DNA of 64,000 nucleotides, from the sequence record NC_004928.1, one strand, 5' to 3'. Position numbers and translations under genes: made by a program. The DNA is from Escherichia phage RB69. Shown in pieces: positions 39,966 to 49,634 of the stretch; the first letter of the stretch is position 1; the number at the start of each line of letters is the position of its first letter. Under the pieces are notes generated by a model. The model was not told where the DNA came from. It saw only the letters and a list, made by a program, of their open reading frames with translations, and did not search any database.

Positions 39966-40826
39966 TTATACCGCCATTTTAGCTTTGATAGTTGGATGAG
40001 ATTCGTAATTTTTAAGAACGAAATCAGAATGTGTCATCGTTCCAGTAACCCAGTCCATTTGGATTTTTGTAGGCCAATTCTCAAAATTACTAGGCCAATT
40101 AATTTCAAGAGAACACAACTCTTTAGGTTCACGACGAAGAACTTCTTTGCATTGTTCTACATGATTGCTGTAGATATGCGTGTTGCCGCCTGAGAACACT
40201 AAATCACCCGGGATAAGGTTACACATCTTCGCTACAATATGCGTCAAGGCAGCGTACGAGGCGATGTTGAACGGCAGGCCCAAGAAAACATCTACACTGC
40301 GTTGATACCATTGTAAATCAAGATGTCCATTACGCACATTAAATTGATAGAACATATGACAAGGAGGAAGAGCCATTTGGTCAATTTCGGCAGGGTTCCA
40401 TGCAGAAACTATTTGTCGACGATCATTAGGAAGAGCTTTAATACGGTCGATAGTTTTGACCAATTGGTCTACACCACCAAAATCACGCCATTGCTTACCA
40501 TAAATAGGACCAAGTTCGCCGCTATGATATCCAAGGTCTTTTGCCTGATTTTCATAGTTGTCGTCCCAAATAGTTTTACCTTCAATTAGACTACCATGAG
40601 TACGAATACGCAAATCATTAACATTGGTAGAACCAGACATGAACCACAGTAGTTCGGCAATACAAGCTTTCCATGCAAGCTTCTTGGTTGTTACTGCAGG
40701 GAATCCTTTAGTCAGGTCCCATCGCAATTTAGTTCCGAACAGGGCAATAGTGCCTGTGCCTGTACGGTCGTCTGTTTCGTAGCCATTTTCTAGGATATCA
40801 TTAATCAGGTATTGGTATTGTTTCAT
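39966..40826 (-). CDS. td: thymidylate synthase (intronless)
   Basis: 286 aa continuous ORF; catalytic PPCH motif. Confidence 0.95.
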   Translation of the reverse strand: MKQYQYLINDILENGYETDDRTGTGTIALFGTKLRWDLTKGFPAVTTKKLAWKACIAELLWFMSGSTNVNDLRIRTHGSLIEGKTIWDDNYENQAKDLGYHSGELGPIYGKQWRDFGGVDQLVKTIDRIKALPNDRRQIVSAWNPAEIDQMALPPCHMFYQFNVRNGHLDLQWYQRSVDVFLGLPFNIASYAALTHIVAKMCNLIPGDLVFSGGNTHIYSNHVEQCKEVLRREPKELCSLEINWPSNFENWPTKIQMDWVTGTMTHSDFVLKNYESHPTIKAKMAV

Positions 40827-41410
40827 TTATACACGCTCTCAGTAATTTCGGTGAGTTCATCGATTCTGTAGTAATGAGATTCTACCATAGAACGTTGAAG
40901 CATAATATCTTGGACGAAATCTTTATCAAGTTGAACATCGGAATTAACACGACATTTCTTAATGATTTTAGTCATCACGATTTCATCGGCATAAGGCAGT
41001 GCTTGTTTTAATAATGCAGGACCACCAATAACCGAGACATCAACATGTTCAGTAGAAAGTTTAAACGGTACGTCGGTTGAAGGGCTAAACAGGTTAATTT
41101 CACCACCCATTACCAAGGTAATAAATTCTGCTTGGGTGATATAGAACCGTGCAAGTTCATCAGTTTTAGTCCTAGGCAGTTTTCTGGCCATATCAGTGAC
41201 AACCATATGAGTACGATCTGGTAGTAGACGAGGTAATGATGCAAAAGTCTTAGCACCCATAACCATTACAGTGTTTTTAGTGCGAGCAACAAAGTTACTC
41301 ATATCTTGTTTGATATGCTTCCATGGAAGTCCATCACCTAATCCAAAAGCATATTCCAGTTTATCATCAACTGTTTTAGACGGTGCGCATGCGAATACTA
41401 ATTTAAGCAT
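40823..41410 (-). CDS. frd: dihydrofolate reductase
   Basis: 195 aa; overlaps td start; T4 Frd similarity. Confidence 0.9.
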   Translation of the reverse strand: MLKLVFACAPSKTVDDKLEYAFGLGDGLPWKHIKQDMSNFVARTKNTVMVMGAKTFASLPRLLPDRTHMVVTDMARKLPRTKTDELARFYITQAEFITLVMGGEINLFSPSTDVPFKLSTEHVDVSVIGGPALLKQALPYADEIVMTKIIKKCRVNSDVQLDKDFVQDIMLQRSMVESHYYRIDELTEITESVYK

Positions 41411-41413
41411 TTT

Positions 41414-41662
41414 TTATTTCCTCAGATTTTTCTTAATAACTTTCCAATCAGCTTTGAACATTTCAACGTCGGAGTGGTGAATCCAGAATCCTGCGCTTTC
41501 ACCGTCTTCGTAGAGTGGACATCCATCACATTCTTCGTTCCAACCCATTTCACGTAAAGCTTCTTCAGCTTGTTCAAGGAGTTCAGCGTCTTTACCGACG
41601 ATGTTGAAGTACCATTTACCTCTAACTTCTGAATCTTTGATGCTCTGGCGTTGCAATCTCAT
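41414..41662 (-). CDS. hypothetical protein (frd.1-like)
   Basis: 82 aa ORF. Confidence 0.55.
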   Translation of the reverse strand: MRLQRQSIKDSEVRGKWYFNIVGKDAELLEQAEEALREMGWNEECDGCPLYEDGESAGFWIHHSDVEMFKADWKVIKKNLRK

Positions 41663-41725
41663 TTTATTCTCCTCTTCACTTTTATTTGATAGGGCTACTA
41701 TAAAATAGCCCTATCTTGTTATAAA

Positions 41726-42118
41726 CTACTTTTTAAAAGTTTTTTGCAAAAGTTTGATGATTTCGTCGACGTTGGTTTCATCTACGATACAATGGATTTT
41801 TGTTACACCTAAAGTTATACCTTCGTTAGTAGGTTGAGGCTTTACTAAATCTACCTCAGTAAAGTATTTGAACTCATCATAATAAATCTCAAAATAAGTT
41901 TCAATTTCACCACCGGCAGAACATACAGTACCATCTTCCATAGTTACACTTACTACGTTTGACGTATCGCTATCATAATCAGGTTCCATTCCGTTTACAA
42001 CAAAACTAGGCCCGTGGAGTTCAATCAATTTTAACATCTTAGCGTTACTGTGTGGTGCTTCTTGAACAAAGTCGTCTTTAAATAAAGGGTTAATGATATA
42101 AGATTTTCCAATTTCCAT
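41726..42118 (-). CDS. hypothetical protein (frd.2-like)
   Basis: Track ORF to 42217; Met at 42118 preceded by GAGGAA RBS. Confidence 0.5.
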   Translation of the reverse strand: MEIGKSYIINPLFKDDFVQEAPHSNAKMLKLIELHGPSFVVNGMEPDYDSDTSNVVSVTMEDGTVCSAGGEIETYFEIYYDEFKYFTEVDLVKPQPTNEGITLGVTKIHCIVDETNVDEIIKLLQKTFKK

Positions 42119-42128
42119 TTTGATTTCC

Positions 42129-42380
42129 TCATTTGTTGATGTGTTGTAATAAAGATTCTGCAAACGTCTCATATGATTCCAGGTGTTCTTCTTTAATGCG
42201 AACTGCATGATTATCACCCGAAGAATAGAACATCTGTACGATAAGAGCTTCGTAATCAGACGAAATACATGCTACGTTTTCCGGCTTCAGGCATTCATTG
42301 TATGTCGCAACTGGGTCAGTGAAAGCTGCAACGTTTTTGCTACCGCAGTAATCCATACTTCTTTGAATAATAAAAATCAT
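42129..42380 (-). CDS. hypothetical protein (frd.3-like)
   Basis: 83 aa ORF. Confidence 0.5.
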   Translation of the reverse strand: MIFIIQRSMDYCGSKNVAAFTDPVATYNECLKPENVACISSDYEALIVQMFYSSGDNHAVRIKEEHLESYETFAESLLQHINK

Positions 42381-42471
42381 TTTATTTTCCTCTCATTTGT
42401 TGATAAGTCTATAGTATCATGTTTAAAGGAAAAGTAAACAACTTTTTTTGGCAATTTACAGATACTCAAAA

Positions 42472-42489
42472 GGGAGACCGAAGTCTCCC
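42472..42489 (-). terminator. C(UUCG)G hairpin downstream of gene 32
   Basis: gggagac-cgaa-gtctccc (UUCG loop on minus strand), T-run follows. Confidence 0.6.
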
Positions 42490-42496
42490 TAATTTA

Positions 42497-43396
42497 TTAT
42501 AGACCAGCTAACAGGTCATCGAGGTCGCCATCGTCAGAAGACGAGGAACTCATGAAGTCATCTTCAGTTTTTGCAGAACTAAAGGCTTCCATGTCTTTAT
42601 CAAAATCGTCGAGGTCAGAAGCAACTTTATCTGCAACAGAAGCTGCTGCGGCTGCTGCACCACCCAGAGCGGCAGTACCAAGAACTTGATTAAATTTAGT
42701 ATTCAATTCTTCAAACGATTTGAACTTATCTTTAGAAGTCATTTCAGAAAGGTCAACCATTTGTTCGAACAATTCTTTCTGGAAAGATTCATCATCAATG
42801 TTTGGAATCGCAGATTGATTCAGGAATTTAGATTCGTCATAGTTACTGAAACCAGAAACCTGTTTAACTTTCAGCACAAAGTTAGCACCTTCCCATGGAC
42901 AAGTTACATCAACAGGAGTTTCACCCATTTCAGTATCAACTGCAATCATTGCATTGATTTTGTCCCAAATCTTTTTACCAAAACGGTATTTGAATACCTT
43001 ACCTTCATTATCTGGAGCTTGTGGGTCTTTAACAACCAGAATATTAGCCCAATAAGAAGTTTTACGTTTCAGTTGAGAATATTCAGTTTTGTTGGTATTG
43101 TACAGGTCATTTTTACTAATGTACTGACATACAGGACAAGAGTCATAATCGCCGTGTGTAGATGAACAGGTTTCAATATACCATTTGCCATTTTTCTTGA
43201 ACCCGTGGTTAACAAGAATTGCAAACGGAAGTGCGTCATCTGTTTTTGCCGGCAGGAAACGAATTACCGCTTGACCATTACCGGATGCATCGAGTTTCAG
43301 CTTCCATTCACCTTTATCTTCTGAAGAGAAACCTTTGTTACCATTCAGTTTAGCCATCTGAGCTGCGAGGTCTGCGGTACTTTTACGTTTAAACAT
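42497..43396 (-). CDS. 32: single-stranded DNA-binding protein gp32
   Basis: 299 aa; zinc ligands [11 protein letters not shown]; acidic C-terminus; T4 gp32 similarity. Confidence 0.97.
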   Translation of the reverse strand: MFKRKSTADLAAQMAKLNGNKGFSSEDKGEWKLKLDASGNGQAVIRFLPAKTDDALPFAILVNHGFKKNGKWYIETCSSTHGDYDSCPVCQYISKNDLYNTNKTEYSQLKRKTSYWANILVVKDPQAPDNEGKVFKYRFGKKIWDKINAMIAVDTEMGETPVDVTCPWEGANFVLKVKQVSGFSNYDESKFLNQSAIPNIDDESFQKELFEQMVDLSEMTSKDKFKSFEELNTKFNQVLGTAALGGAAAAAASVADKVASDLDDFDKDMEAFSSAKTEDDFMSSSSSDDGDLDDLLAGL

Positions 43397-43512
43397 TATA
43401 TTTACCTTTATTTAGATTATTTAATTTATTTACAGTTGGTTGCTACGACACTTATACCTCGTAGCTGGTATGATTTATTTATAAAGTAATTTTAACACAG
43501 ATAAAATAAAGC

Positions 43513-44166
43513 TTAATACTTACATGATTTTATTGTTTCTATGAACAATTTCTTAGCAGCATTTACATCGATTTGAAGTATTTTTCGATATGCCTTTAAT
43601 TTGGTAGAATAATTTTGCCAGACTAAATTGTCAGTAAGTTCGTCATGCTTATCTATAATATTCAAGAATGAATCCAACAACAAGAAGGTTTCAAACGAAA
43701 TTATATTGCTTTGTAGCAATTTAAATATGTAGCTCGACTGAACTTTATTATTATAATCAAATATCTCTTGAAGCGCACTAACTTCCACTTTCTTACTGAA
43801 ATAGTAGATGTTACGTACATCTTCAGCAAACGTCTCCTTGGCTTGTTTGAGACGTCCAATATATTCCCTATAGAAAACTAATGCATCAGCGTCTGATATC
43901 TCACCAATCCATGCATCTTGGTTAGCAACTAAGTTACTGATGAATATCAAAGTGAGTTCCTTTAACTTATATTTCTCTGCTAGTTTCTCAAAGAAATATT
44001 TATCTCGGCGTTTTTGATATGCATTATCCGAAACACGCATGCACCAGTTATATTTGATTACGTCATACCGACCATTAAAATGTTGTTTGCACATCAAGTA
44101 TAGTTTGTATACCGATTTTCCATTAATATAACGTTCTCCGTCGGGAGGCATGCGTATTTTAATCAT
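43513..44166 (-). CDS. 59: helicase loader gp59
   Basis: 217 aa as in T4 gp59. Confidence 0.92.
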   Translation of the reverse strand: MIKIRMPPDGERYINGKSVYKLYLMCKQHFNGRYDVIKYNWCMRVSDNAYQKRRDKYFFEKLAEKYKLKELTLIFISNLVANQDAWIGEISDADALVFYREYIGRLKQAKETFAEDVRNIYYFSKKVEVSALQEIFDYNNKVQSSYIFKLLQSNIISFETFLLLDSFLNIIDKHDELTDNLVWQNYSTKLKAYRKILQIDVNAAKKLFIETIKSCKY

Positions 44167-44501
44167 AATAAGAAATCTAACGTATTAGTTTTTTCACCAC
44201 GAGCAACTGATGGGCGAAGCATGTTTTCGTCAATTGCTTCGCTTGTAATTTTTTCAACAATTCCTGTAGGAATAAATTTAGCAAATTGTGTTTCTGGAAT
44301 AGAATTTTCTTCCAAGAAAGCAGTTGTTGCTTCTAAATAAGACATACCAAATTGTTCAACCATGGATTCGATAATGAATCCGTTTTCTTGACGGTCAAGC
44401 AATTTAGCGATATCATCTTTATCATGTTTTACTGCTAATTCTTGTTCAGATAAACCGGTCTCATCAACCGGTTTAATATCACTTAGTGAAAACTGTGTCA
44501 T
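44163..44501 (-). CDS. 33: late transcription co-activator gp33
   Basis: 112 aa as in T4 gp33. Confidence 0.9.
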   Translation of the reverse strand: MTQFSLSDIKPVDETGLSEQELAVKHDKDDIAKLLDRQENGFIIESMVEQFGMSYLEATTAFLEENSIPETQFAKFIPTGIVEKITSEAIDENMLRPSVARGEKTNTLDFLL

Positions 44502-44748
44502 AAAGCTCGACTACCTCTTCGTTTTCAGCTTCAAATTGGTCACGAGCATCTTTATGATAAAGAGCTAACAAACGATTAAACATTTTTCCATCAACGCCAA
44601 GCTCTTCTTTAGCACGAGTACGAATGTCTTTAATCAGTTCATTATAACCAGAAATTTTAAGTTTGTTATCGGAAGCTTCCTTGACTAGTTTAGCCAGTTC
44701 TTCACCATGCACATCTTGATTAAATTCAACTGCTTCTTTCTTAGCCAT
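44479..44748 (-). CDS. dsbA: dsDNA-binding protein DsbA
   Basis: Track ORF to 44766; Met at 44748 (MAKKEAVEF) matches recalled T4 DsbA start and follows AGGT RBS. Confidence 0.85.
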   Translation of the reverse strand: MAKKEAVEFNQDVHGEELAKLVKEASDNKLKISGYNELIKDIRTRAKEELGVDGKMFNRLLALYHKDARDQFEAENEEVVELYDTVFTK

Positions 44749-44799
44749 GTTTACCTCAGAATTCATTAATTACACTTGTTAATTTAGAAAGACCGGATT

Positions 44800-45672
44800 T
44801 TACAAGTATGAATAAATCTTGCCTTTAGGTTGTGGTTGATATGAGTTATAATACTCTATAATGGTTGAAGCAATATTATCAGGGATATAATCAAAATCAA
44901 TGAGAACCAAATTTTCTTGGTACCGTTTATATTCTTCTGCACTTAATAATACTTCAGCTTGAGAACGATCATTGGCAAGTGCTTCAATGATCGTTGTTTT
45001 CATGCTTGGAGTTCGTTCGCCTTCGACTCGAGTAAACCAGAAATCACCACGAACTCGAACAGACGCAACACCATCTTTACGGTCGCCTTTAAGAATTTTA
45101 GTCATGCAATCAATTTCGGCAGAACCATTCTTAATTTTAACCCATTTTTTCTGCGGTGGCGACCACTGTTTAACGTTAGGGTATTTGTGTAATTGTGTAA
45201 AGTCACCATCTGATGCAACAATACACACCTTATGACCAGCTAATGACAAATATTTAGTTAATACGCCGATATGGTCATCCGCTTCGTATTTGTCAATATC
45301 CATTACAACGTATGGCATATATTTCTTAATCTCATCAACGACTTGATGAAGTGCAGTAAAATATCCTTCCCAATCCCACTTTGAAGCTTCACGATCAGTT
45401 TTACGATTTTTCTTGTAGTAGTAAGCAAAGTCGCGTCGCCAATACCCAGAAGTAGCGTTATCCATGCACAATACAAATTTTGTATAACCTTGCTTACGGA
45501 ACATCACTACGTTTTTACGAATTGAATTCAAGACTACATGACGAACCATCGGAACGGTAATTTTATCACCATCTTCAAAGTTGTTTAATGCAGCTGCCAA
45601 TGCAATGTTACTAAAGTCTGCAAGCGCAATACCTTCTTTGTAATCTTCATCCAACATCATTTCTAAATCCAT
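44800..45672 (-). CDS. rnh: RNase H (5'-3' exonuclease), 3' end disrupted by apparent 1-nt deletion
   Basis: 290 aa ORF; conserved C-terminus LVKSGLSKLTSVINEF* continues in the +2 frame to 44756. Confidence 0.88.
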   Translation of the reverse strand: MDLEMMLDEDYKEGIALADFSNIALAAALNNFEDGDKITVPMVRHVVLNSIRKNVVMFRKQGYTKFVLCMDNATSGYWRRDFAYYYKKNRKTDREASKWDWEGYFTALHQVVDEIKKYMPYVVMDIDKYEADDHIGVLTKYLSLAGHKVCIVASDGDFTQLHKYPNVKQWSPPQKKWVKIKNGSAEIDCMTKILKGDRKDGVASVRVRGDFWFTRVEGERTPSMKTTIIEALANDRSQAEVLLSAEEYKRYQENLVLIDFDYIPDNIASTIIEYYNSYQPQPKGKIYSYL

Positions 45673-45750
45673 ATGAACCTCTTGTTCAGTTAGTCAACTT
45701 AGACCATAGTAACATACTAGTTCGAAAGCGTAAATAGTCTTTTACTCATT

Positions 45751-45758
45751 TATAAATA
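45751..45758 (+). promoter_or_regulatory. late promoter TATAAATA upstream of gene 34
   Basis: Exact TATAAATA. Confidence 0.6.
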
Positions 45759-45792
45759 GTAAAATAGAACACATAATGATAAGAGGACTACC

Positions 45793-48700
45793 ATGGTTGA
45801 CATCAAACGTAAGTTCAGGGCCGAAGATGGTCTTGACGCAGGCGGTGATAAGATAGTTAACGTTGCGCTTGCTGACCGCACAGTTGGCACCGATGGCGTG
45901 AACGTTGACTTTTTGGTGCAAGAAAACACCGTACAGAATTATGACGAGACGCGCGCGTATACAAAAGATTTTATTGTTCTTTATGATAATCGTTTTTATC
46001 AAGCTTTAAGCGATATTCCAGCTCCGGCAGGCCCTTTCTCTTTGGCTAAATGGAAGGCAACTCGTACAGATGCAGAATGGATTACAGTTCAAGGCGGAGA
46101 TTTCCAATTATCAGTAGGTAACTCTATTGCGGTTGATACTTCAGCTGGCATTGATATTAATTTCACTTTGCCTCAAAATCCTTTAGATGGCGATACAGTT
46201 ATTTTGTCTGATATTGGCGGTAGAGTAGGCTATGTAAAAGTTCAAATTACTGCAGAGGCTCAAAGTATTGTAAACTTTAGAGGACAACAGGTTCGTTCAG
46301 TTTTAATGACGCACCCAAAATCTAAAATAGTATTCATTTTTAGCAACCGCCTATGGCAAATGTATGTTTCTGATTATGAACGTAATGCAGTCACAGTAAC
46401 TCCTGCTAAGCCATATCAGGCGCAACCTAACGATTTTATCATTCGACGTTTTACATCAGCCGCTCCTATTAATATTACATTGCCTCGCAATGCTAATAAT
46501 GGCGATATTATTAATTTAGTTGATTTAGACAAATTAAACCCGTTATATCACACAATTGTCAAAACTTACGATGATACAACTTCTATACGAGAAGCCGGTG
46601 TTCATGTAGCAGAAGGACGTAATACTGCAGAAGCGTTCTTTGTTTATGATTCTGCTAATAGCTTATGGCGTGTTTGGGAAGGTGACCAGAAATCTCGTTT
46701 ACGTATAGTTCGTAATGATACTGATTTACGCCCTAATGAAGAAGTTCTTGTTTTTGGAACTAATAATGATACAATCTCGACGGTAAATCTTACTTTGCCT
46801 ACAGATATTTTGTCTGGTGATACTGTTAAAATATCGTTGAATTATATGCGTAAAGGGCAAACTGTAAAAATTAAAGCTGCTGAAGGCGATACAATTGCTA
46901 GCAGTATTTCTTTATTACAGTTCCCAAAACGTTCAGAGTATCCACCTGATGCACAATGGGTTTCTGTTAGTGAGCTGGAATTTAATGGCGATACTTCGTA
47001 TGTCCCTGTACTTGAGTTGGCTTATATAGAAGATTATTCATCTGAAACAAAATATTGGGTAGTTCAACAAAACACTGTAACCGTCGAACGAGTCGATGCA
47101 TCGAGCAATACAACTCGAGCTCGTTTAGGTGTTATTGCTCTTGCTTCTCAAGCACAAGCAAATGTTGATTTAGAAAATGCTCCTGGTAAAGAACTGGCTA
47201 TTACTCCGGAAACATTAGCAAATCGTACAGCAACTGAAACTCGTCGCGGTATTGCTCGTATTGCAACAACTGCACAAGTTAACCAGAATACCGATTTTGC
47301 ATTCCAGGACGATTTGATTATTTCTCCTAAGAAATTGAACGAACGTACAGCAACTGAAACCCGTAGAGGTGTTGCTGAAGTTGCAACTCAGGCTGAAACT
47401 AATGCTGGAACAGATGATACCACTATTATTACTCCTAAGAAATTGGATGCCCGTCAAGGTTCTGAAGTTTTATCTGGTATTGTAAAATACACATCTACGA
47501 CTGGTACTACAGCTGCTACTGTTCGTGGTAATGCTGGGACTAACGTTTATAACAAAGCCGTAGATAATTTAACTATTTCTCCAAAGGCTCTTGACCAGTA
47601 TAAAGCTACCCATACTCAACAGGGCGCAGTAATTCTTGCTATTGAAAGTGAAGTTATCGCTGGCGAATCACAAGCCGGTTGGGCTAATGCTGTAGTGACC
47701 CCTGAAACTCTGCATAAGAAAACTTCTACTGATGGACGTATTGGTTTAATTGAAATTGCTACGCAAGCAGAAACTAACACTGGAACTGATTATACTAGAG
47801 CAGTAACGCCTAAGACGTTAAATGATAGGAAAGCTACGGAAGGATTATCCGGCATAGCCGAAATTGCTACGCAAGTTGAATTTGATACTGGAACTGACGA
47901 TACTCGTATCTCGTCTCCACTGAAAATTAAAACTCATTTTGATTCTTCTGACCGTACCAGTGTTAATTCTGATTCCGGACTTATTGAAGAAGGAACCTTG
48001 TGGAACCATTATACTCTTGATATTTCTAAAGCAAATGAAACACAACGCGGTACACTTCGCGTAGCGACCCAGGCAGAATCTAATGCAGGAACTTTAGATG
48101 ATGTTCTTATTACTCCTAAAAAGCTTTTAGGGACTAAGTCCACTGAAACGTCTGAAGGCGTGATTAAGGTTGCTACTCAGGCTGAAACTGTAACAGGAAC
48201 TTCTGCTAATACTGCTGTATCACCTAAGAATTTAAAATGGATTGTTCAATCAGAACCATCATGGACTGCTACTACGGCAATTCGTGGATTCGTTAAAACT
48301 TCATCTGGTTCTATTACATTTGTCGGTGACGATACTCAAGGTAATACCCAGGATTTGAATCTTTATGAGAAAAATAGTTATGCTATTTCTCCATATGAAT
48401 TAAACCGTGTACTTGCTAACTACTTACCGTTGAAAGCTAAAGCAGCTGATAGTAATTTGTTAGATGGTCTAGATTCTCTTCAGTTCATCCGTAGAGACAT
48501 CGACCAGACGGTTAATGGTTCTTTAAGTCTTACTAAACAGACCAACCTGAGTGCTCCTTTAGTATCTACAAGCACCGCTTCTTTTGGTTCCGAAGCATCT
48601 GTTACTCGTAGATTAACTCTTAATGACTCTAGCGGTTCCGAAATAGTTTTCACTAAAGGAACCCAATCTCTTAGTAATAAAGAGAATTTCGTTGTTAGAG

Positions 48701-49626
48701 CATGGGGTAATAGCGCTACAGCTGGTGACCGTGATACAGTATTTGAAGCGGGTGACGAAACCGGATACCATTTCTATTCTCAGCGCGCTGCTGATAATAA
48801 AGTATCATTTAATATTAATGGAACACTTTATTCAACAGGTATTGTTTCTACAAATGGATTAAATGTTACAGGTGTTTCTACCTTTACCGGGCCTATTAGT
48901 GCTACAGGCGAAATTGTTTCTAGTTCTCCTATTGCATTCAGAGCTATTAACGGTAACTATGGTGTTATGCTTTATAACGCTGGTAACAGTTCTTATATTG
49001 CATTAACTAACTCAGGTGACCAGACCGGGACGTTTAATAACTTACGCCCGATCACGATTAACAATGCCACAGGATTAGTTCGTCTTGACAACGGTGTTCA
49101 AATCACAAGTGGTGCAACAATAACTACCGGTGGGTTAACTGTAAATAACAGGATTATTTCTAACGGCGTTAAAACTGCCACGGTTTATACCGATAAACCA
49201 ACAGCTTCTACTGTAGGTTTTTGGTCTATTGACATTAACGATTCTGCTGTATATAGCCAATTCCCTGGATACTGGACGCGTGATAACAAAGGTAACCGTG
49301 ACCAAGAAATTAAATATCCTGGTACTTTGACTCAATTCGGCAATAGCTTAGATTCGCTTTATCAGGATTGGATTTGTTATCCTACAGGTGCAAATGGTGG
49401 TAGTATTCGATATACTCGTACCTGGCAGAAAAATAAAGACGCTTGGACCTCATTTGCAATGGTATTTGATAGTGGCAACCCACCTTCACCTAGCGATGTC
49501 GGTGCTATCCCATCCGATAATGCTGTGATTGGAAACCTTACTGTTCGAGACTTCTTACAATTAGGAAATGTGAGAATTGTTCCAGACCCGGTTAACAAAA
49601 CCGTTAAATTTATATGGGTTGAATAA
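45793..49626 (+). CDS. 34: long tail fibre proximal subunit gp34
   Basis: 1277 aa; repeated ATETRRG...ATQAETNxGTDDT...ITPKKL motifs; TATAAATA at 45751-45758. Confidence 0.95.
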   Translation: MVDIKRKFRAEDGLDAGGDKIVNVALADRTVGTDGVNVDFLVQENTVQNYDETRAYTKDFIVLYDNRFYQALSDIPAPAGPFSLAKWKATRTDAEWITVQGGDFQLSVGNSIAVDTSAGIDINFTLPQNPLDGDTVILSDIGGRVGYVKVQITAEAQSIVNFRGQQVRSVLMTHPKSKIVFIFSNRLWQMYVSDYERNAVTVTPAKPYQAQPNDFIIRRFTSAAPINITLPRNANNGDIINLVDLDKLNPLYHTIVKTYDDTTSIREAGVHVAEGRNTAEAFFVYDSANSLWRVWEGDQKSRLRIVRNDTDLRPNEEVLVFGTNNDTISTVNLTLPTDILSGDTVKISLNYMRKGQTVKIKAAEGDTIASSISLLQFPKRSEYPPDAQWVSVSELEFNGDTSYVPVLELAYIEDYSSETKYWVVQQNTVTVERVDASSNTTRARLGVIALASQAQANVDLENAPGKELAITPETLANRTATETRRGIARIATTAQVNQNTDFAFQDDLIISPKKLNERTATETRRGVAEVATQAETNAGTDDTTIITPKKLDARQGSEVLSGIVKYTSTTGTTAATVRGNAGTNVYNKAVDNLTISPKALDQYKATHTQQGAVILAIESEVIAGESQAGWANAVVTPETLHKKTSTDGRIGLIEIATQAETNTGTDYTRAVTPKTLNDRKATEGLSGIAEIATQVEFDTGTDDTRISSPLKIKTHFDSSDRTSVNSDSGLIEEGTLWNHYTLDISKANETQRGTLRVATQAESNAGTLDDVLITPKKLLGTKSTETSEGVIKVATQAETVTGTSANTAVSPKNLKWIVQSEPSWTATTAIRGFVKTSSGSITFVGDDTQGNTQDLNLYEKNSYAISPYELNRVLANYLPLKAKAADSNLLDGLDSLQFIRRDIDQTVNGSLSLTKQTNLSAPLVSTSTASFGSEASVTRRLTLNDSSGSEIVFTKGTQSLSNKENFVVRAWGNSATAGDRDTVFEAGDETGYHFYSQRAADNKVSFNINGTLYSTGIVSTNGLNVTGVSTFTGPISATGEIVSSSPIAFRAINGNYGVMLYNAGNSSYIALTNSGDQTGTFNNLRPITINNATGLVRLDNGVQITSGATITTGGLTVNNRIISNGVKTATVYTDKPTASTVGFWSIDINDSAVYSQFPGYWTRDNKGNRDQEIKYPGTLTQFGNSLDSLYQDWICYPTGANGGSIRYTRTWQKNKDAWTSFAMVFDSGNPPSPSDVGAIPSDNAVIGNLTVRDFLQLGNVRIVPDPVNKTVKFIWVE

Positions 49627-49634
49627 GAGGTTAT

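Noticed and set aside
39966-40100. Possible frameshift at the td C-terminus (my recalled T4 Td C-terminus differed)
   Set aside because: Both alternative frames hit stops within a few codons and the ORF-frame peptide ends with the conserved ...HPTIKAKMAV; the difference is attributed to unreliable recall or natural divergence.
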